This document shows, in pieces, positions 1-9,892 of a stretch of 64,000 nt of DNA. A program made the position numbers and the translations under genes. Location of the stretch: contig CP066682.1 in NCBI GenBank assembly GCA_016432285.1, forward strand, positions 730,274-794,273, written 5' to 3'. Origin of the DNA: Candidatus Kaiserbacteria bacterium. GTDB lineage: Bacteria; Patescibacteriota; Minisyncoccia; Phycocordibacterales; UBA2100. Within the stretch, counting starts at the first letter, position 1; every line of letters starts with the position of its first letter. The notes under the pieces are model-generated. The model was not told the origin of the DNA, did not search any database, and saw only the letters and a list, made by a program, of their open reading frames with translations.

Positions 1-1577
1 GTTTGCCGGAATTCCGTAACGATCTGCTCGCCGTTTCCCAAGCCCGATTCCTCGATCTTGATTTTGAGCCGCTCGATTTCGCGGCGTCGTTTCTCTTGCA
101 CCGCTCTCTCCTCGGAAAGCGCGCCCTCGGGAATGCCCGCCTGCTCCCACCCGCGGACGCCGCCCCCCACGAGCGCCACGCCTTCGCGTACCTCTTCTTC
201 AAAGCGCTGCCGCGCGGCTGTCACGCTTGCGCGCGCTGCCTGGACGCTCGAGAGCTTGCCCTGCGCTTCCCGCACCGCCGACTCGAGCTCCACCAGCTCC
301 CGCTCGGCGCTGAATCCTTCTTCTCGGGTCGACGCAATTTTCTTGCGGAGATTTTCGAGATCGTCGGCGAGCGCCGATTCTTCTTGCTGTACGCGCTCGA
401 GCGACTGAGAGAGCGATTGCACCTGCTGCCGCGCCTCTTCGTTGGTGACGGGTGCGGCGCCCGAGAGACCCTCGATGAAGGACGAGATCTTTCCGCGGAT
501 CCCTTGGAGGCGGCGGCGCACGCTCGAGAGATCGTCGTCGCGCTCGATTTCGGCCACGCTCGCGTCCACTTCGCGCGCGAAGGCGCGTACGTGCGGCACC
601 GGCACGATGGCCTCGACCGTTACATTGTTGGCCTCGAGGGCCCCTTCGGCGCGGCCGAGCTCGCGCACCAACTTTTCGCTCTCGCGGCGCGCCTCGGAGA
701 GCTTGCCCTCTCGCTCAGAGAGCTTCTGCTGCAAACCGCGAAGCGCCGACTCGGCGGAGCCGCCGCCTTTGTGGCGCGCGTCGGTAACGCGCGCGCCGAG
801 CTGCTTCAGCTCGCTTTCGTGCGCCTTCACTTCCTCAAGGAGGCGCGTGTCTTCCTGCGTGATCCAGGCGCTCTCGCGCGAGAGATAGTCGTTCAGTTTG
901 TGCGAAAGCTCATCTTTCATCTCGCGCGCTTTCTCGATCTTCTCCACTTGTCCCCGCAAGAAGGTGAGGTGCGGCGCGAGCTCGCGACGAAGCGATTTGG
1001 TCTTGTCGATATTCACGCCTGTTTCCTCGAGCTTGCGCTCACTCTCCGCTTTTTTGTGCTGGTAGAGCTTGAGGCCGAGCGCGTCTTCCACCATCTCGCG
1101 GCGCTCGCGCGGCGAGGCGTTGAGGATTCGATCGGCCTCTCCCTGCGAGATGATCTGGTAGCCGGAGCCACCGATGTTGGCGCCCGCAAGGAGGCGGATC
1201 ACGTCCTTGAGCCGCACCACCGTGCCGTTCATGAGGTACTCGTTGACGCCGTCGCGGTGCACGACGCGTTCGACCACGACTTCCGGAAAGTCGATGTCGA
1301 GAAGGCGTTTGCTGTTGTCGAAGGTTACCTTCACGCTCGCCCGATTCATGCGTGAAAGCCCTGGAGAGCCGCCCCAGATAAGATCCTCACCCTTTTTGGA
1401 GCGCATCGATTTCATCGACTGCTCGCCGAGCACAAAGCGGAACGCCTCGGCCACGTTGGACTTGCCGGAGCCGTTGGGGCCGACGATCGAAGCGATCGGG
1501 GAGCCGAAAACGAGCTCCGTTTTCTTGCCGAACGACTTAAAGCCCGCGAGCTCGATCGATTTAAGACTAAGAAACAT
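1..1577 (-). CDS. smc: Chromosome segregation protein SMC (3' part runs off the window)
   Basis: Not in the ORF track. Manual translation from ATG at 1577 gives MFLSLKSIELAGFKSFGKK...IVGPNGSGKSNVAEAFRFVLGEQS (Walker A), followed by coiled coil. Confidence 0.93.
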   Translation of the reverse strand, partial: MFLSLKSIELAGFKSFGKKTELVFGSPIASIVGPNGSGKSNVAEAFRFVLGEQSMKSMRSKKGEDLIWGGSPGLSRMNRASVKVTFDNSKRLLDIDFPEVVVERVVHRDGVNEYLMNGTVVRLKDVIRLLAGANIGGSGYQIISQGEADRILNASPRERREMVEDALGLKLYQHKKAESERKLEETGVNIDKTKSLRRELAPHLTFLRGQVEKIEKAREMKDELSHKLNDYLSRESAWITQEDTRLLEEVKAHESELKQLGARVTDARHKGGGSAESALRGLQQKLSEREGKLSEARRESEKLVRELGRAEGALEANNVTVEAIVPVPHVRAFAREVDASVAEIERDDDLSSVRRRLQGIRGKISSFIEGLSGAAPVTNEEARQQVQSLSQSLERVQQEESALADDLENLRKKIASTREEGFSAERELVELESAVREAQGKLSSVQAARASVTAARQRFEEEVREGVALVGGGVRGWEQAGIPEGALSEERAVQEKRRREIERLKIKIEESGLGNGEQIVTEFRQ

Positions 1578-1637
1578 TGAAGATAATTGTATCAAAAGAA
1601 TGAGGCACGGACCGTCTTCGGTCCGCGCCTCAGAAAC

Positions 1638-1850
1638 TCATTCGGGCACTTCTACCTCGCAGCACGAAGCGAGTGGGAAGGCCGTCCGGCCGTGATCCGG
1701 CCTTCCCCGGTGCGAGTTCGGCGAATTCGGATACGCGACCGCACCACGGCCGACGTCTGTCTTCGTGCACCAGTCCGTGCCGTTCACAAGCGCGGACTGC
1801 CCGATGGGAACTTCTTCCCACCGGATTCTTTTGGTAACCGGCTTTCTCAA
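1638..1850 (-). CDS. Small hypothetical protein (about 70 aa)
   Basis: TTG start at 1850 preceded by GGGAGG; it is the 3' part of track ORF 1638..2372. No recognisable motif. Confidence 0.35.
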   Translation of the reverse strand: MRKPVTKRIRWEEVPIGQSALVNGTDWCTKTDVGRGAVAYPNSPNSHRGRPDHGRTAFPLASCCEVEVPE

Positions 1851-2002
1851 CTTGTCCTCCCGACCTCTCGAGTGTTGAACGCGGATGACGATGGAACACA
1901 CGCAGGCGCCAGTCTGACATTCTCGCCCTCTACCTGCAAGCGCGGTCGATAAAAAAATCGAGCCTCGGACCGAATTGTCCGAGGCTACATTGTGGCCCGC
2001 AT

Positions 2003-2425
2003 TTACGCGGCACGCCGACGTCTGCGTCGGAGCGTAATCTCGCGGGGAAAGTCGGTGGACCCGTTGAACCACGCGAACAAGGCCATCGCGAACCCGAACA
2101 ACAGCGACACGTTTTCCGGCGGAGTGGCGGTCGCCTGCCCCCACGGCGCGAAAGATACGGCCGCGAGGAATGCCAGAAAGGCGGAAATCCACGCCATCAT
2201 GGTGGCATCGGCGTACCAGCCACTGAGCAGGTTGACGAGAGATCGCATTGCGAACAAGACGCTGACGCCAAGGAGCACCGCACCGACCAAGACAGGGTCC
2301 CAGCGTTGCTCGGCAATTCCGAACCCGGCGACAACGGCAGCGACGACTCCAGCCGTGAGCACCACGGTCCAACCACCGTCAATCATCCTTCCGGAAATAA
2401 ATCCGGTTCGTTTCGTTCTCTTCAT
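2003..2425 (-). CDS. Hypothetical membrane protein (about 4 TM)
   Basis: Four hydrophobic segments, Arg-rich tail, AAGGA upstream. Confidence 0.6.
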   Translation of the reverse strand: MKRTKRTGFISGRMIDGGWTVVLTAGVVAAVVAGFGIAEQRWDPVLVGAVLLGVSVLFAMRSLVNLLSGWYADATMMAWISAFLAFLAAVSFAPWGQATATPPENVSLLFGFAMALFAWFNGSTDFPREITLRRRRRRAA

Positions 2426-2520
2426 CTGTCAAATCCTTCTGTACATGCACTTGCGAAGGCAAGTGCGTGCATGCTTTATAGCGCCACGAACCTTCCGCAG
2501 CAAGTACGAACGCTCATTCC

Positions 2521-2612
2521 TGAATACCGAGGTTTAACCTCGGTATACAGGTTTAACCTCGGTATTCACCTGGTTGTCGCCCCTCCGCACCGAGGTTTAA
2601 CCTCGGTGCGGA
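2521..2612. repeat. Cluster of three REP-like palindromes, family 1 (ACCGAGGTTTAACCTCGGT)
   Basis: Copies at 2522-2545, 2549-2567 (partial) and 2584-2612, directly upstream of the transposase. Confidence 0.9.
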
Positions 2613-2628
2613 ATGGTAGTATGACGAG

Positions 2629-3303
2629 ATGAATCGCCAACCCATCGAGATCGGTGAGTGGTACCACTGCTACAACAGAGGCGTCGATAAAAGAAAAGTT
2701 TTTCTTGGACCAGGAGACTACGATCGTTTCTTGCTGCTCATGTATACGGCGAATGGTCATCTGCCCTCACACACCTTCCATCTTCGCGAAAAGCAACTAC
2801 AGAGATTCCTTGCGGAGGACAAGACGAAGCGCGACCAGATTGTGGAGATCGGAGCATATTCCCTGATGCCGAATCACTTCCACTTTGTGCTCAAGGAAAC
2901 ACGCGCGGGCGGCATCGCTCTGTTCATGCAAAAAGTACTGACCGGATACACCATGTTCTTCAACAAGAAAAACGAACGTACGGGGGCTTTATTTGCAGGG
3001 ACGTTCAAATCAAAGCACATCGACGATGACGATTACTTAAAGCTACTCATCCCCTACGTTCACCTCAACAGCGTCGAGCTGTTTGATCCCAAGTGGAAAA
3101 GCGGGAGAGGCAGCACCGCTGCCGTGCAGCAGCGAGTTTCGCAATACCCCTACTCGAGTTTGATGGATTTCATCGGCAAACCACGTCCCGAAAGGAAAAT
3201 CATTGGAGACGCGATTTTCGAACTGTATGACTCACTTCCGTCTGCACGCGAAATGCTTGACGACGCGAAGGAGTACTTCACGCAAACGAATACCGAGGTT
3301 TAA
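2629..3303 (+). CDS. REP-associated tyrosine transposase (RAYT-like, HUH/Y1 family) #1
   Basis: YHCYNRGVDKR, HUH motif MPNHFH, GALFAGTFK, catalytic-Tyr motif YVHLNS, YPYSS. Confidence 0.88.
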   Translation: MNRQPIEIGEWYHCYNRGVDKRKVFLGPGDYDRFLLLMYTANGHLPSHTFHLREKQLQRFLAEDKTKRDQIVEIGAYSLMPNHFHFVLKETRAGGIALFMQKVLTGYTMFFNKKNERTGALFAGTFKSKHIDDDDYLKLLIPYVHLNSVELFDPKWKSGRGSTAAVQQRVSQYPYSSLMDFIGKPRPERKIIGDAIFELYDSLPSAREMLDDAKEYFTQTNTEV

Positions 3304-3311
3304 CCTCGGTA
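3288..3311. repeat. Family 1 palindrome containing the RAYT1 stop codon
   Basis: GAATACCGAGGTTTAACCTCGGTA, identical to 2522-2545; abuts the rnc stop. Confidence 0.9.
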
Positions 3312-4001
3312 CTACCAACCCTTTGCGGTCAGGGCTTTTTGTGCGGCGTCTTGTTCGGCCTCTTGCTTCGAGCGGCCTTCGCCGGAGGCGATTTTCTCCT
3401 TGCCGATATGCGCCGCCACCACGAAGCGTTTGTCGTGATCCGGGCCGCTCTGATCCACAAGCTCGTATTTCGGCGTGACGCCAAGCTGCTCCTGCGCGAT
3501 CTCCTGGAAGCGGCTCTTCGCGTCTTGCCACAAGCGCTTCGAGACCACCTCCTCGGTCTTGTGGAAAAGCTGATCCGCGATGAATTTTTTTGCGGCCTCG
3601 TAGCCGGCGTCGAGGTAGACTGCGCCGATCAGCGCTTCAAAGGCGTTGGCGAGGATGATTTGCCGCGCACGACCGGTGTCTCTCGACTCGCCGCGCGAGA
3701 GAAAGAGGTGATCGTTCATCTGGAGCACGGTTGCCGAAGCTGCGAGCGAGATCGTATTGACGAGCGCTGCCCGGTAGGCGGTGAGATCCCCTTCCGGCCG
3801 GTCGGGAAATTTGGCGTACAAAAATTCGGTAACCACGAGCTCCAGGACCGCGTCGCCCAAAAACTCCAGCCGTTCGTTGTGTTCGCGCCCGAGAGCGCGG
3901 TTTTCGTTGAGGTACGAGCGATGCGTAAACGCCTGCTCCAGGAGGCCCTTTTCCCGGAAGGTGTACCCGATCTTTTTTTCAAAACCAGCGAAGTCGGACA
4001 T
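3312..4001 (-). CDS. rnc: Ribonuclease III
   Basis: HNERLEFLGDAVL signature plus C-terminal dsRBD. Confidence 0.97.
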   Translation of the reverse strand: MSDFAGFEKKIGYTFREKGLLEQAFTHRSYLNENRALGREHNERLEFLGDAVLELVVTEFLYAKFPDRPEGDLTAYRAALVNTISLAASATVLQMNDHLFLSRGESRDTGRARQIILANAFEALIGAVYLDAGYEAAKKFIADQLFHKTEEVVSKRLWQDAKSRFQEIAQEQLGVTPKYELVDQSGPDHDKRFVVAAHIGKEKIASGEGRSKQEAEQDAAQKALTAKGW

Positions 4002-4013
4002 GGGTCGATGCTT

Positions 4014-4943
4014 CTATTTCCTGTCTCGCTGCGCGAGGAGATTGATGGCGGGAATAATGATCTTCAGCGTGTCGTCATAGAAATTGAGATCCCCCACCGC
4101 CGCAAGCGGAAACCACTGTGCGTCGTCGAGCCCGCCGGTTTGCTTCAGCTTCAGCTCGGAAAAGGGCGACTCCGCGAGGAAGTAGGTAACGTGCTTTTTC
4201 TTTTTGCCGCCCTCCACCTTGGAGTCGTTGGCCACGTACGTGTTTTCACCGAGCTTCTCCCTGATCATGATATCGAGTCCCATTTCTTCCTTGATCTCGC
4301 GCACCGCCGCCTCCTCGATCGTCTCGTCGCTGATTTCAGGCTTGTCGCCCACCTTGCCCTTCGAGATCGTCCAGTGGCCGAAGATGTCGTGCACGAATGC
4401 GAGGTATGTCTCGTCGCCGTTTTTGGCGTAGACCACGGCACCCGCGAGATGCTCCGTCAGGATCTTGCCCGACTTCGTCGCTTCCTTTTTCCTTGTGCTG
4501 CCCTCGTTTTTGCCGGGTTCCCCCAGCTCGATGTAGACGGCCCCCAAAACACCGTTGACGAATCGCCCTGAAGAGGAGCTGCCAAAAGTTTTCGCAAGCT
4601 CGATGGCCTCGTTGATCGCCACTTTGGCGGGCACTTGCGTGCGGTCGGCATAGAGGAGTTCAGAGAGGCCGAGCCGCAGCACGTTGCGGTCGATCGCCGC
4701 GATCTTTTCGAGCGGCCACTCGGGTGCCGCACGCACGATCACATCGTCGACTTCGCGCTGTTTCGCGATTGCCGTTTGGAGGACGTTTTTCATGAACGGC
4801 ATGTCCGACTCGCGCGCGCCGAACTCTTTCGCGTAGTCAGCGAGTCTTTGTACCGCTTCTTCGTTCGTCATCTTCCCTCCTCCAGCATCACGCTCGAAGA
4901 GAACCTGAAGAACGACGGAGCGGGCTAAGTGTCGATTTGCCAT
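4014..4943 (-). CDS. nusB: Transcription antitermination factor NusB fused to a C-terminal NUDIX domain
   Basis: IDRNVLRLG...VAINEAIELAKTFG...FVNGVLG, then a Nudix box (KG...ETIEEAAVREIKEEMG). Confidence 0.9.
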   Translation of the reverse strand: MANRHLARSVVLQVLFERDAGGGKMTNEEAVQRLADYAKEFGARESDMPFMKNVLQTAIAKQREVDDVIVRAAPEWPLEKIAAIDRNVLRLGLSELLYADRTQVPAKVAINEAIELAKTFGSSSSGRFVNGVLGAVYIELGEPGKNEGSTRKKEATKSGKILTEHLAGAVVYAKNGDETYLAFVHDIFGHWTISKGKVGDKPEISDETIEEAAVREIKEEMGLDIMIREKLGENTYVANDSKVEGGKKKKHVTYFLAESPFSELKLKQTGGLDDAQWFPLAAVGDLNFYDDTLKIIIPAINLLAQRDRK

Positions 4944-5035
4944 ACAAAAGAACGGAAAACTACTCTCACCTCTTCAGCTTACAGGAAATACATGAAAAAA
5001 CCGTAAAGAACGGCGCGAACGTGTGAATAGTGTGA

Positions 5036-5317
5036 TTATGCGGAGGTCGTCGCTTCTTCTTTCTTCGTTTCCGTTTGTGCGCCGGCGCCCGCTTGCGGCT
5101 GTTCGGCTTGACGGCGCTTTGCGCGACGTTGCTCACGCTTCGTACGAGCAACCACATCGATCACGACACGGCCGTTGTACTTGCCGCATTCGGGGCATGC
5201 ACGGTGCGGAATGCGGAGCGCGCCGCACTCGCAGGTGGCGAGCTTCTGCGCTTTCAGGGCGTGATGAGAGCGCCGCTTGGCGGTCTCGGATCGATTGCGA
5301 CGCATTCGTACGACCAT
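5036..5317 (-). CDS. rpmF: 50S ribosomal protein L32
   Basis: KRRSHHAL..CECG...PHRACPECGKYNG; ATG at 5317. Confidence 0.93.
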   Translation of the reverse strand: MVVRMRRNRSETAKRRSHHALKAQKLATCECGALRIPHRACPECGKYNGRVVIDVVARTKREQRRAKRRQAEQPQAGAGAQTETKKEEATTSA

Positions 5318-5433
5318 AGTCGCAGCACTATACAAAAAAAGCTCGGAATATTCAACCCCTCACACGGTTCCTCCGTTTTTTCAAAAAAGAGAAGACTGCT
5401 CTGCGTGGTATCAACGCTGCCCCGTGTGTGGGG

Positions 5434-6051
5434 TCAAGCGTGCACGGGCTGCTGCATTTTTGGGCCGATCCGCAGGCGCGAGCAGAATGAGACACGGTGC
5501 AGGTCGCTGAGACCATGGCGCGCGATCGCTCGGCGGTGCGCGAGTGTCGCGTAGCCTTTGTGCACGTCGAAGCCGTAGTCCGGATAGTGCTCCGAAAGCT
5601 CCTCCATGCGCCGATCGCGCAAGACTTTGGCCGCGATCGAGGCGAGGGAGATCACGGGCTCGGTCTCGTCGCCGCGTATGATCGTGTGCTGATCAAAAAA
5701 TTCGCGCGGAGCCCGGAGCCCGCCGTCGAGCAGTACCGTACTTTGTGCCACCTGCGGCTCCAGCGCGTAAATCGCCGAATAGAGTGCGCGACGAATCGCC
5801 GATACGATGCCGAACTCATCGATGTAGTCGCACGAGGAAAAGCGCACCGCATAGCGGATTTTGCCTCTGCTCTCGAGTACCTGCATCTGCTCGAATATCG
5901 AATCGCGCACTTGCGGCCGTAGCTGCTTCGAATCGCGTACGCCTTCGAGGAGCAACCAGTCGAAATCTTCGGGAAGAAGCACCGCGCCGACAGCCACGGG
6001 GCCCGCAAGAGGGCCGCGGCCGGCCTCATCGATGCCGATCACGTACCGCAT
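5434..6051 (-). CDS. rnhB: Ribonuclease HII
   Basis: GIDEAGRGPLAGPV, DSKQL, ASIAAKVLRD, HKGY. Confidence 0.96.
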   Translation of the reverse strand: MRYVIGIDEAGRGPLAGPVAVGAVLLPEDFDWLLLEGVRDSKQLRPQVRDSIFEQMQVLESRGKIRYAVRFSSCDYIDEFGIVSAIRRALYSAIYALEPQVAQSTVLLDGGLRAPREFFDQHTIIRGDETEPVISLASIAAKVLRDRRMEELSEHYPDYGFDVHKGYATLAHRRAIARHGLSDLHRVSFCSRLRIGPKMQQPVHA

Positions 6052-6124
6052 TACTCAATAAGTATAGCAATCAAAAGGGGCGGAACCGGTGGTCCGCCCC
6101 CTTCTGTTGACAACGCTCGATGCG

Positions 6125-6370
6125 TTAGCCGTTGCCGGTGTCCGGATCGCGAACACCGCGACCGGCGTGTTCACCATGGAACATGCCGCTGGTGTCCGAG
6201 GGACCTGCGGCGTCGGCCTGAACCTGCTGCTGCTGTTGTTGTTGTTGCGGCTGCGCAACAACATCGCCGGGGTGAACGCCGTAGCGCTCCTCCTCGACCG
6301 CCTGCCCTGCGCGAGCATTCTCGTCGGAGGCTGCGCGGCCTCCCTGGGACGTGTGTTTACGCATTTCCAA
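6125..6370 (-). CDS. Small hypothetical polyQ-containing protein
   Basis: AAGGA before the start, candidate promoter TTGACC-N17-TAGTAT upstream, hairpin downstream. Low-complexity product. Confidence 0.4.
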   Translation of the reverse strand: MEMRKHTSQGGRAASDENARAGQAVEEERYGVHPGDVVAQPQQQQQQQQVQADAAGPSDTSGMFHGEHAGRGVRDPDTGNG

Positions 6371-6590
6371 ATTCCTTCTTGCAGGTTTGTTGGTCGGAGT
6401 GGGTCCGACACCGCCCGGCTACGCGTACTCTTTTGTGCCACGGTGATACTAGCCCCCACCGTGGCGGCGGTCAACGCCAAAATCCCCAGTGCTATACTCG
6501 CTTTATGAGCGTGCGCGGCTTCACCCATGTGCACCCCAGTACCACAACGCTTCGCGTTGGCTACGGGGCAGGTACCCACTCTCTTACGGT

Positions 6591-9500
6591 ATGAAAGCTG
6601 AGTTTGCGCATCTCCACACACATAGTCACTATTCCCTGCTCGAAGCACTCCCCAAAATACCTGAGCTCGTCGACGCCGCAGTAGCCGACGGACAGAGCGC
6701 GCTCGCTCTCACCGACAACGGCAACCTCTACGGCGCGATCGAGTTTTACAAGGAGGCCAAGGCAAAAGGGATCAAGCCGATCATCGGCGTCAATTTCTTT
6801 GTGGCCCCGCGCACGCGGCACGACAAAGAGCACCGCGTCGACGACGCCCTCTCGCGCCTGCTGCTCTTGGCCAAAAATCTGGAGGGCTACCGCAATCTGA
6901 TACAGCTCGTTTCGCGCTCGCATCTCGAAGGTTTCTTCGACCGCCCCCGCATTGACCGCGAGCTTATTTCGGAGCATCGCGGGGGTCTCATCGCAATCCT
7001 GCCGTCGTACGGCGGCAACCATGCGCACGCACTTCGCCATGGCGCACCCGATCGGGCGTCGCAGGAAATTGAATGGATGAAAAAAGTGTACGGCGACGAC
7101 CTCTACCTCGAGATCACCACGCACCCGGAGATCGACACGCACGAAGATGAGATGCAAAAGATCGTGGAGCTTGGGCGTGCGCAGGGCGTAAAGCTCGTGG
7201 CCGCGCACGATGTGTACTACCTTCGCGAAGACGACGGCCTCGCGAGCGATCTTGTCAACAAAATCCGCACCGGAAGTACTCTCCAGCGCGACGTCGACAC
7301 GGTGCGGCGCGACTTTTCCTTTAAGAAACAAGCAGAGATGAAAAAGCGTTTCGCAGATCTTCCGGAGGCCCTGCACAACAACGCCCGCATCGCCGACATG
7401 TGCGATCTGGAACTGACGCTCGGCTCCTGGGTCTTCCCCGATTACCCCGTGGAAAAGGGCTCGAGCCACGATGGGGAGCTGCGCTCGCTCGCGCACCAAG
7501 GATTCAAGACGCGCGGCGTGCCGGAGAGTGCAGAAAATAAGGAGCGGGTAGAGTACGAACTCTCGATCATCGCCAAAAAAGGCTACTCACCCTACTTTCT
7601 CGTGGTCGCCGACCTCTTGCGGCACGCGCGCGAAGAAGGAATCCTCACCAACACCCGTGGGTCCGCCGCCGGCTCTCTGGTCTCCTACCTCTGCGGGATT
7701 ACCACCGTGAATCCGCTGGAGTACCAGCTCCCCTTCGAGCGCTTCCTCAATCCGGAGCGCCCCTCTCCTCCCGACATCGACATGGACCTCGCCGACAACC
7801 GCCGCGACGAGCTGATCGCCTACGTGCGAAAAAAGTATGGCGAAGAGAAAGTCGCGCAGATCGGCACCTTCGGCACCATGATGGCGCGCGCCGCAGTGCG
7901 CGACGTGGCGCGCGCGCTCGGACTTTCATACGGCACGGGAGATGTGATCGCGAAAATGATCCCTTTTGGGAAGCAGGGCTTTCCCGTCTCGATCGAATCC
8001 TCGCTCCGGGACGTACCCGAGCTCGCCAAAGCGCAGAAGTCTGATCCGACAGTGCGCGAGGTGTTGGATCTCGCGCAAAAAATCGAGGGCAACGCGCGGC
8101 ACGTGGGCGTGCATGCAGCAGGCGTGGTGATCGCTCCCACTGCGGTAACGGATTTCTCACCGGTGCAGCTCGATCCGAAGGGCGGCAAGATCATCACGCA
8201 GTACGACATGTATGCGGTTGAGGAAGCGGGACTCCTCAAGTTCGACTTCCTCGGTCTCACCAACCTCTCGGTCTTGGCCGATGCGGTGTCGCGCGTGAAA
8301 GAGCGCATCGGTGTGGAGGTCGATCTCGATCGGCTCCCGCTCGACGACAAAAAAACCTTCGAGCTGCTCTCGCGCGGCGAGACGCTCGGCGTCTTCCAGC
8401 TCGCGGGAGGCGGCATGACGAGCTACCTTGTCGACCTCGAGCCTTCCTCGATCCACGACATCAACGCCATGGTGGCGCTCTACCGCCCGGGCCCCATGGC
8501 TTTTATCCCCGCGTACATCGAGCGCAAGAAAAATCCGAAGCTTGTGAAGTACCTCGATCCGCGCATGGAGCCGATTCTCAAAAAATCGTACGGCGTCATC
8601 ACCTACCAGGACGACGTCTTGGAGATCGCGATTAAGCTTGCCGGCTACTCGTGGCTTGAGGCGGACGGTTTCCGCAAGGCCATGGGCAAGAAGATCCCGA
8701 AGGAGATGGCCGCACAGAAGGAGAAATTTACCAAAGGCTGCGTTGCGGGCGGCATGAAAAAGGAGACTGTGCAGAAAATCTGGGAGCAGATCGAGACATT
8801 CGCCGCCTACGGCTTCAACAAGGCGCACGCCGCAAGCTACGGCAACCTTGCCTACAAGACCGCGTACATGAAGGCCAACTTCGCGGTCGATTACATGGCC
8901 GCGCTCCTCACGGCCGACGCGGGCGACGTGGAGAAGATTTCGGAAGCTGTGGCGGAGTGCAAGCGCCTGGAGATCACCGTGTGGCCGCCGTCGGTCAAGG
9001 AGAGCGCGGGCACTTTCACGGTGATCGACGACAAGAATATCCGCTTCGGACTCTACTCGATCAAAAACTTCGGCACCGGCGTCGCTGATTCGATCATCGC
9101 GGCACGCCAAAAAGACGGGCCCTTCAAAGACATTGCCGACTTTCTTTCGCGTGTTACCGACAAGAATCTCAACCGCAAATCACTCGAGTCGCTGATCCAG
9201 TGCGGCGCCTTCGACGACATGGGGATCACGCGCGGCGAGCTGATGGCCAACATCGAGACACTGCTCACCTTCCACCGTGAGCACCTCAAAGCGCCGCAAG
9301 ACCAGGGCTCGCTTTTCGGCGCGCTCGCTCCTGCGAAGATCTCGCTCTCGCTCGAAAAAGCGCAGCCGGTACCGCTCGACGTGCTGCTCGAATGGGAGAA
9401 GGAGCTCCTCGGGCTCTACGTGTCGGGCCACCCGCTCGACAAGCACAAAGATAAGCTCACGCGCCAGAAGATGGACATCAAAACCGGCAAGGAAAAGTTC

Positions 9501-9752
9501 CCCCGCGGCGTGGAAACGGTGATCGCGGGTCTCCTCGAGACCGTGCAGCCGATCCTCACCAAAAAAGGCGAGCGCATGCTCTTCGCGCGGCTCGCTGACT
9601 ATTCCGACGGCGTGGAGATTGTGGCCTTTCCGCGCGTCGTGAAAGAGAACGAGCAGCTCTTTTTGGCCGGCACATGCATTCTGGTGAAGGGCAAATTTTC
9701 CGAGCGCAATGGAGAAGCCAGTTTTGTTGTTGAGCGAGCGAAGGCTCTCTAA
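6591..9752 (+). CDS. dnaE: DNA polymerase III alpha subunit
   Basis: PHP motif HLHTHSHYS, RGSAAGSLV, PDIDMD, YGFNKAHA, C-terminal OB fold; ATG at 6591. Confidence 0.97.
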   Translation: MKAEFAHLHTHSHYSLLEALPKIPELVDAAVADGQSALALTDNGNLYGAIEFYKEAKAKGIKPIIGVNFFVAPRTRHDKEHRVDDALSRLLLLAKNLEGYRNLIQLVSRSHLEGFFDRPRIDRELISEHRGGLIAILPSYGGNHAHALRHGAPDRASQEIEWMKKVYGDDLYLEITTHPEIDTHEDEMQKIVELGRAQGVKLVAAHDVYYLREDDGLASDLVNKIRTGSTLQRDVDTVRRDFSFKKQAEMKKRFADLPEALHNNARIADMCDLELTLGSWVFPDYPVEKGSSHDGELRSLAHQGFKTRGVPESAENKERVEYELSIIAKKGYSPYFLVVADLLRHAREEGILTNTRGSAAGSLVSYLCGITTVNPLEYQLPFERFLNPERPSPPDIDMDLADNRRDELIAYVRKKYGEEKVAQIGTFGTMMARAAVRDVARALGLSYGTGDVIAKMIPFGKQGFPVSIESSLRDVPELAKAQKSDPTVREVLDLAQKIEGNARHVGVHAAGVVIAPTAVTDFSPVQLDPKGGKIITQYDMYAVEEAGLLKFDFLGLTNLSVLADAVSRVKERIGVEVDLDRLPLDDKKTFELLSRGETLGVFQLAGGGMTSYLVDLEPSSIHDINAMVALYRPGPMAFIPAYIERKKNPKLVKYLDPRMEPILKKSYGVITYQDDVLEIAIKLAGYSWLEADGFRKAMGKKIPKEMAAQKEKFTKGCVAGGMKKETVQKIWEQIETFAAYGFNKAHAASYGNLAYKTAYMKANFAVDYMAALLTADAGDVEKISEAVAECKRLEITVWPPSVKESAGTFTVIDDKNIRFGLYSIKNFGTGVADSIIAARQKDGPFKDIADFLSRVTDKNLNRKSLESLIQCGAFDDMGITRGELMANIETLLTFHREHLKAPQDQGSLFGALAPAKISLSLEKAQPVPLDVLLEWEKELLGLYVSGHPLDKHKDKLTRQKMDIKTGKEKFPRGVETVIAGLLETVQPILTKKGERMLFARLADYSDGVEIVAFPRVVKENEQLFLAGTCILVKGKFSERNGEASFVVERAKAL

Positions 9753-9766
9753 ACGCCTGTGGCCTG

Positions 9767-9796
9767 CCCCGTTGGAAGCGAAGCTTTCCAACGGGG
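9767..9796. repeat. Hairpin CCCCGTTGGAA-N8-TTCCAACGGGG after dnaE (terminator or REP-like)
   Basis: 11-bp perfect inverted repeat; shares TGGAAG...TTCCAACGGG with the palindrome at 48061. Confidence 0.6.
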
Positions 9797-9892
9797 TGGA
9801 GCGCGCAATGGTGCGCAAAGCTTGACGAACGACCTCTTTTGGGTTAAAAACAGGACTGAAACTTCACCGTTCTTCAACAAGGGGGCTACACG

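Noticed and set aside
3-1355. 450-aa plus-strand ORF and other long antisense ORFs (for example 3339-4571, 29525-31291)
   Set aside because: These are shadows of real minus-strand genes (smc, rnc/nusB, rpsB/prfA), caused by high-GC codon bias.
2521-2612. CRISPR mini-array
   Set aside because: The palindromes are separated by only a few to about 16 nt with no spacer-length unique sequence, and no cas genes are present. They fit REP-like repeats better.
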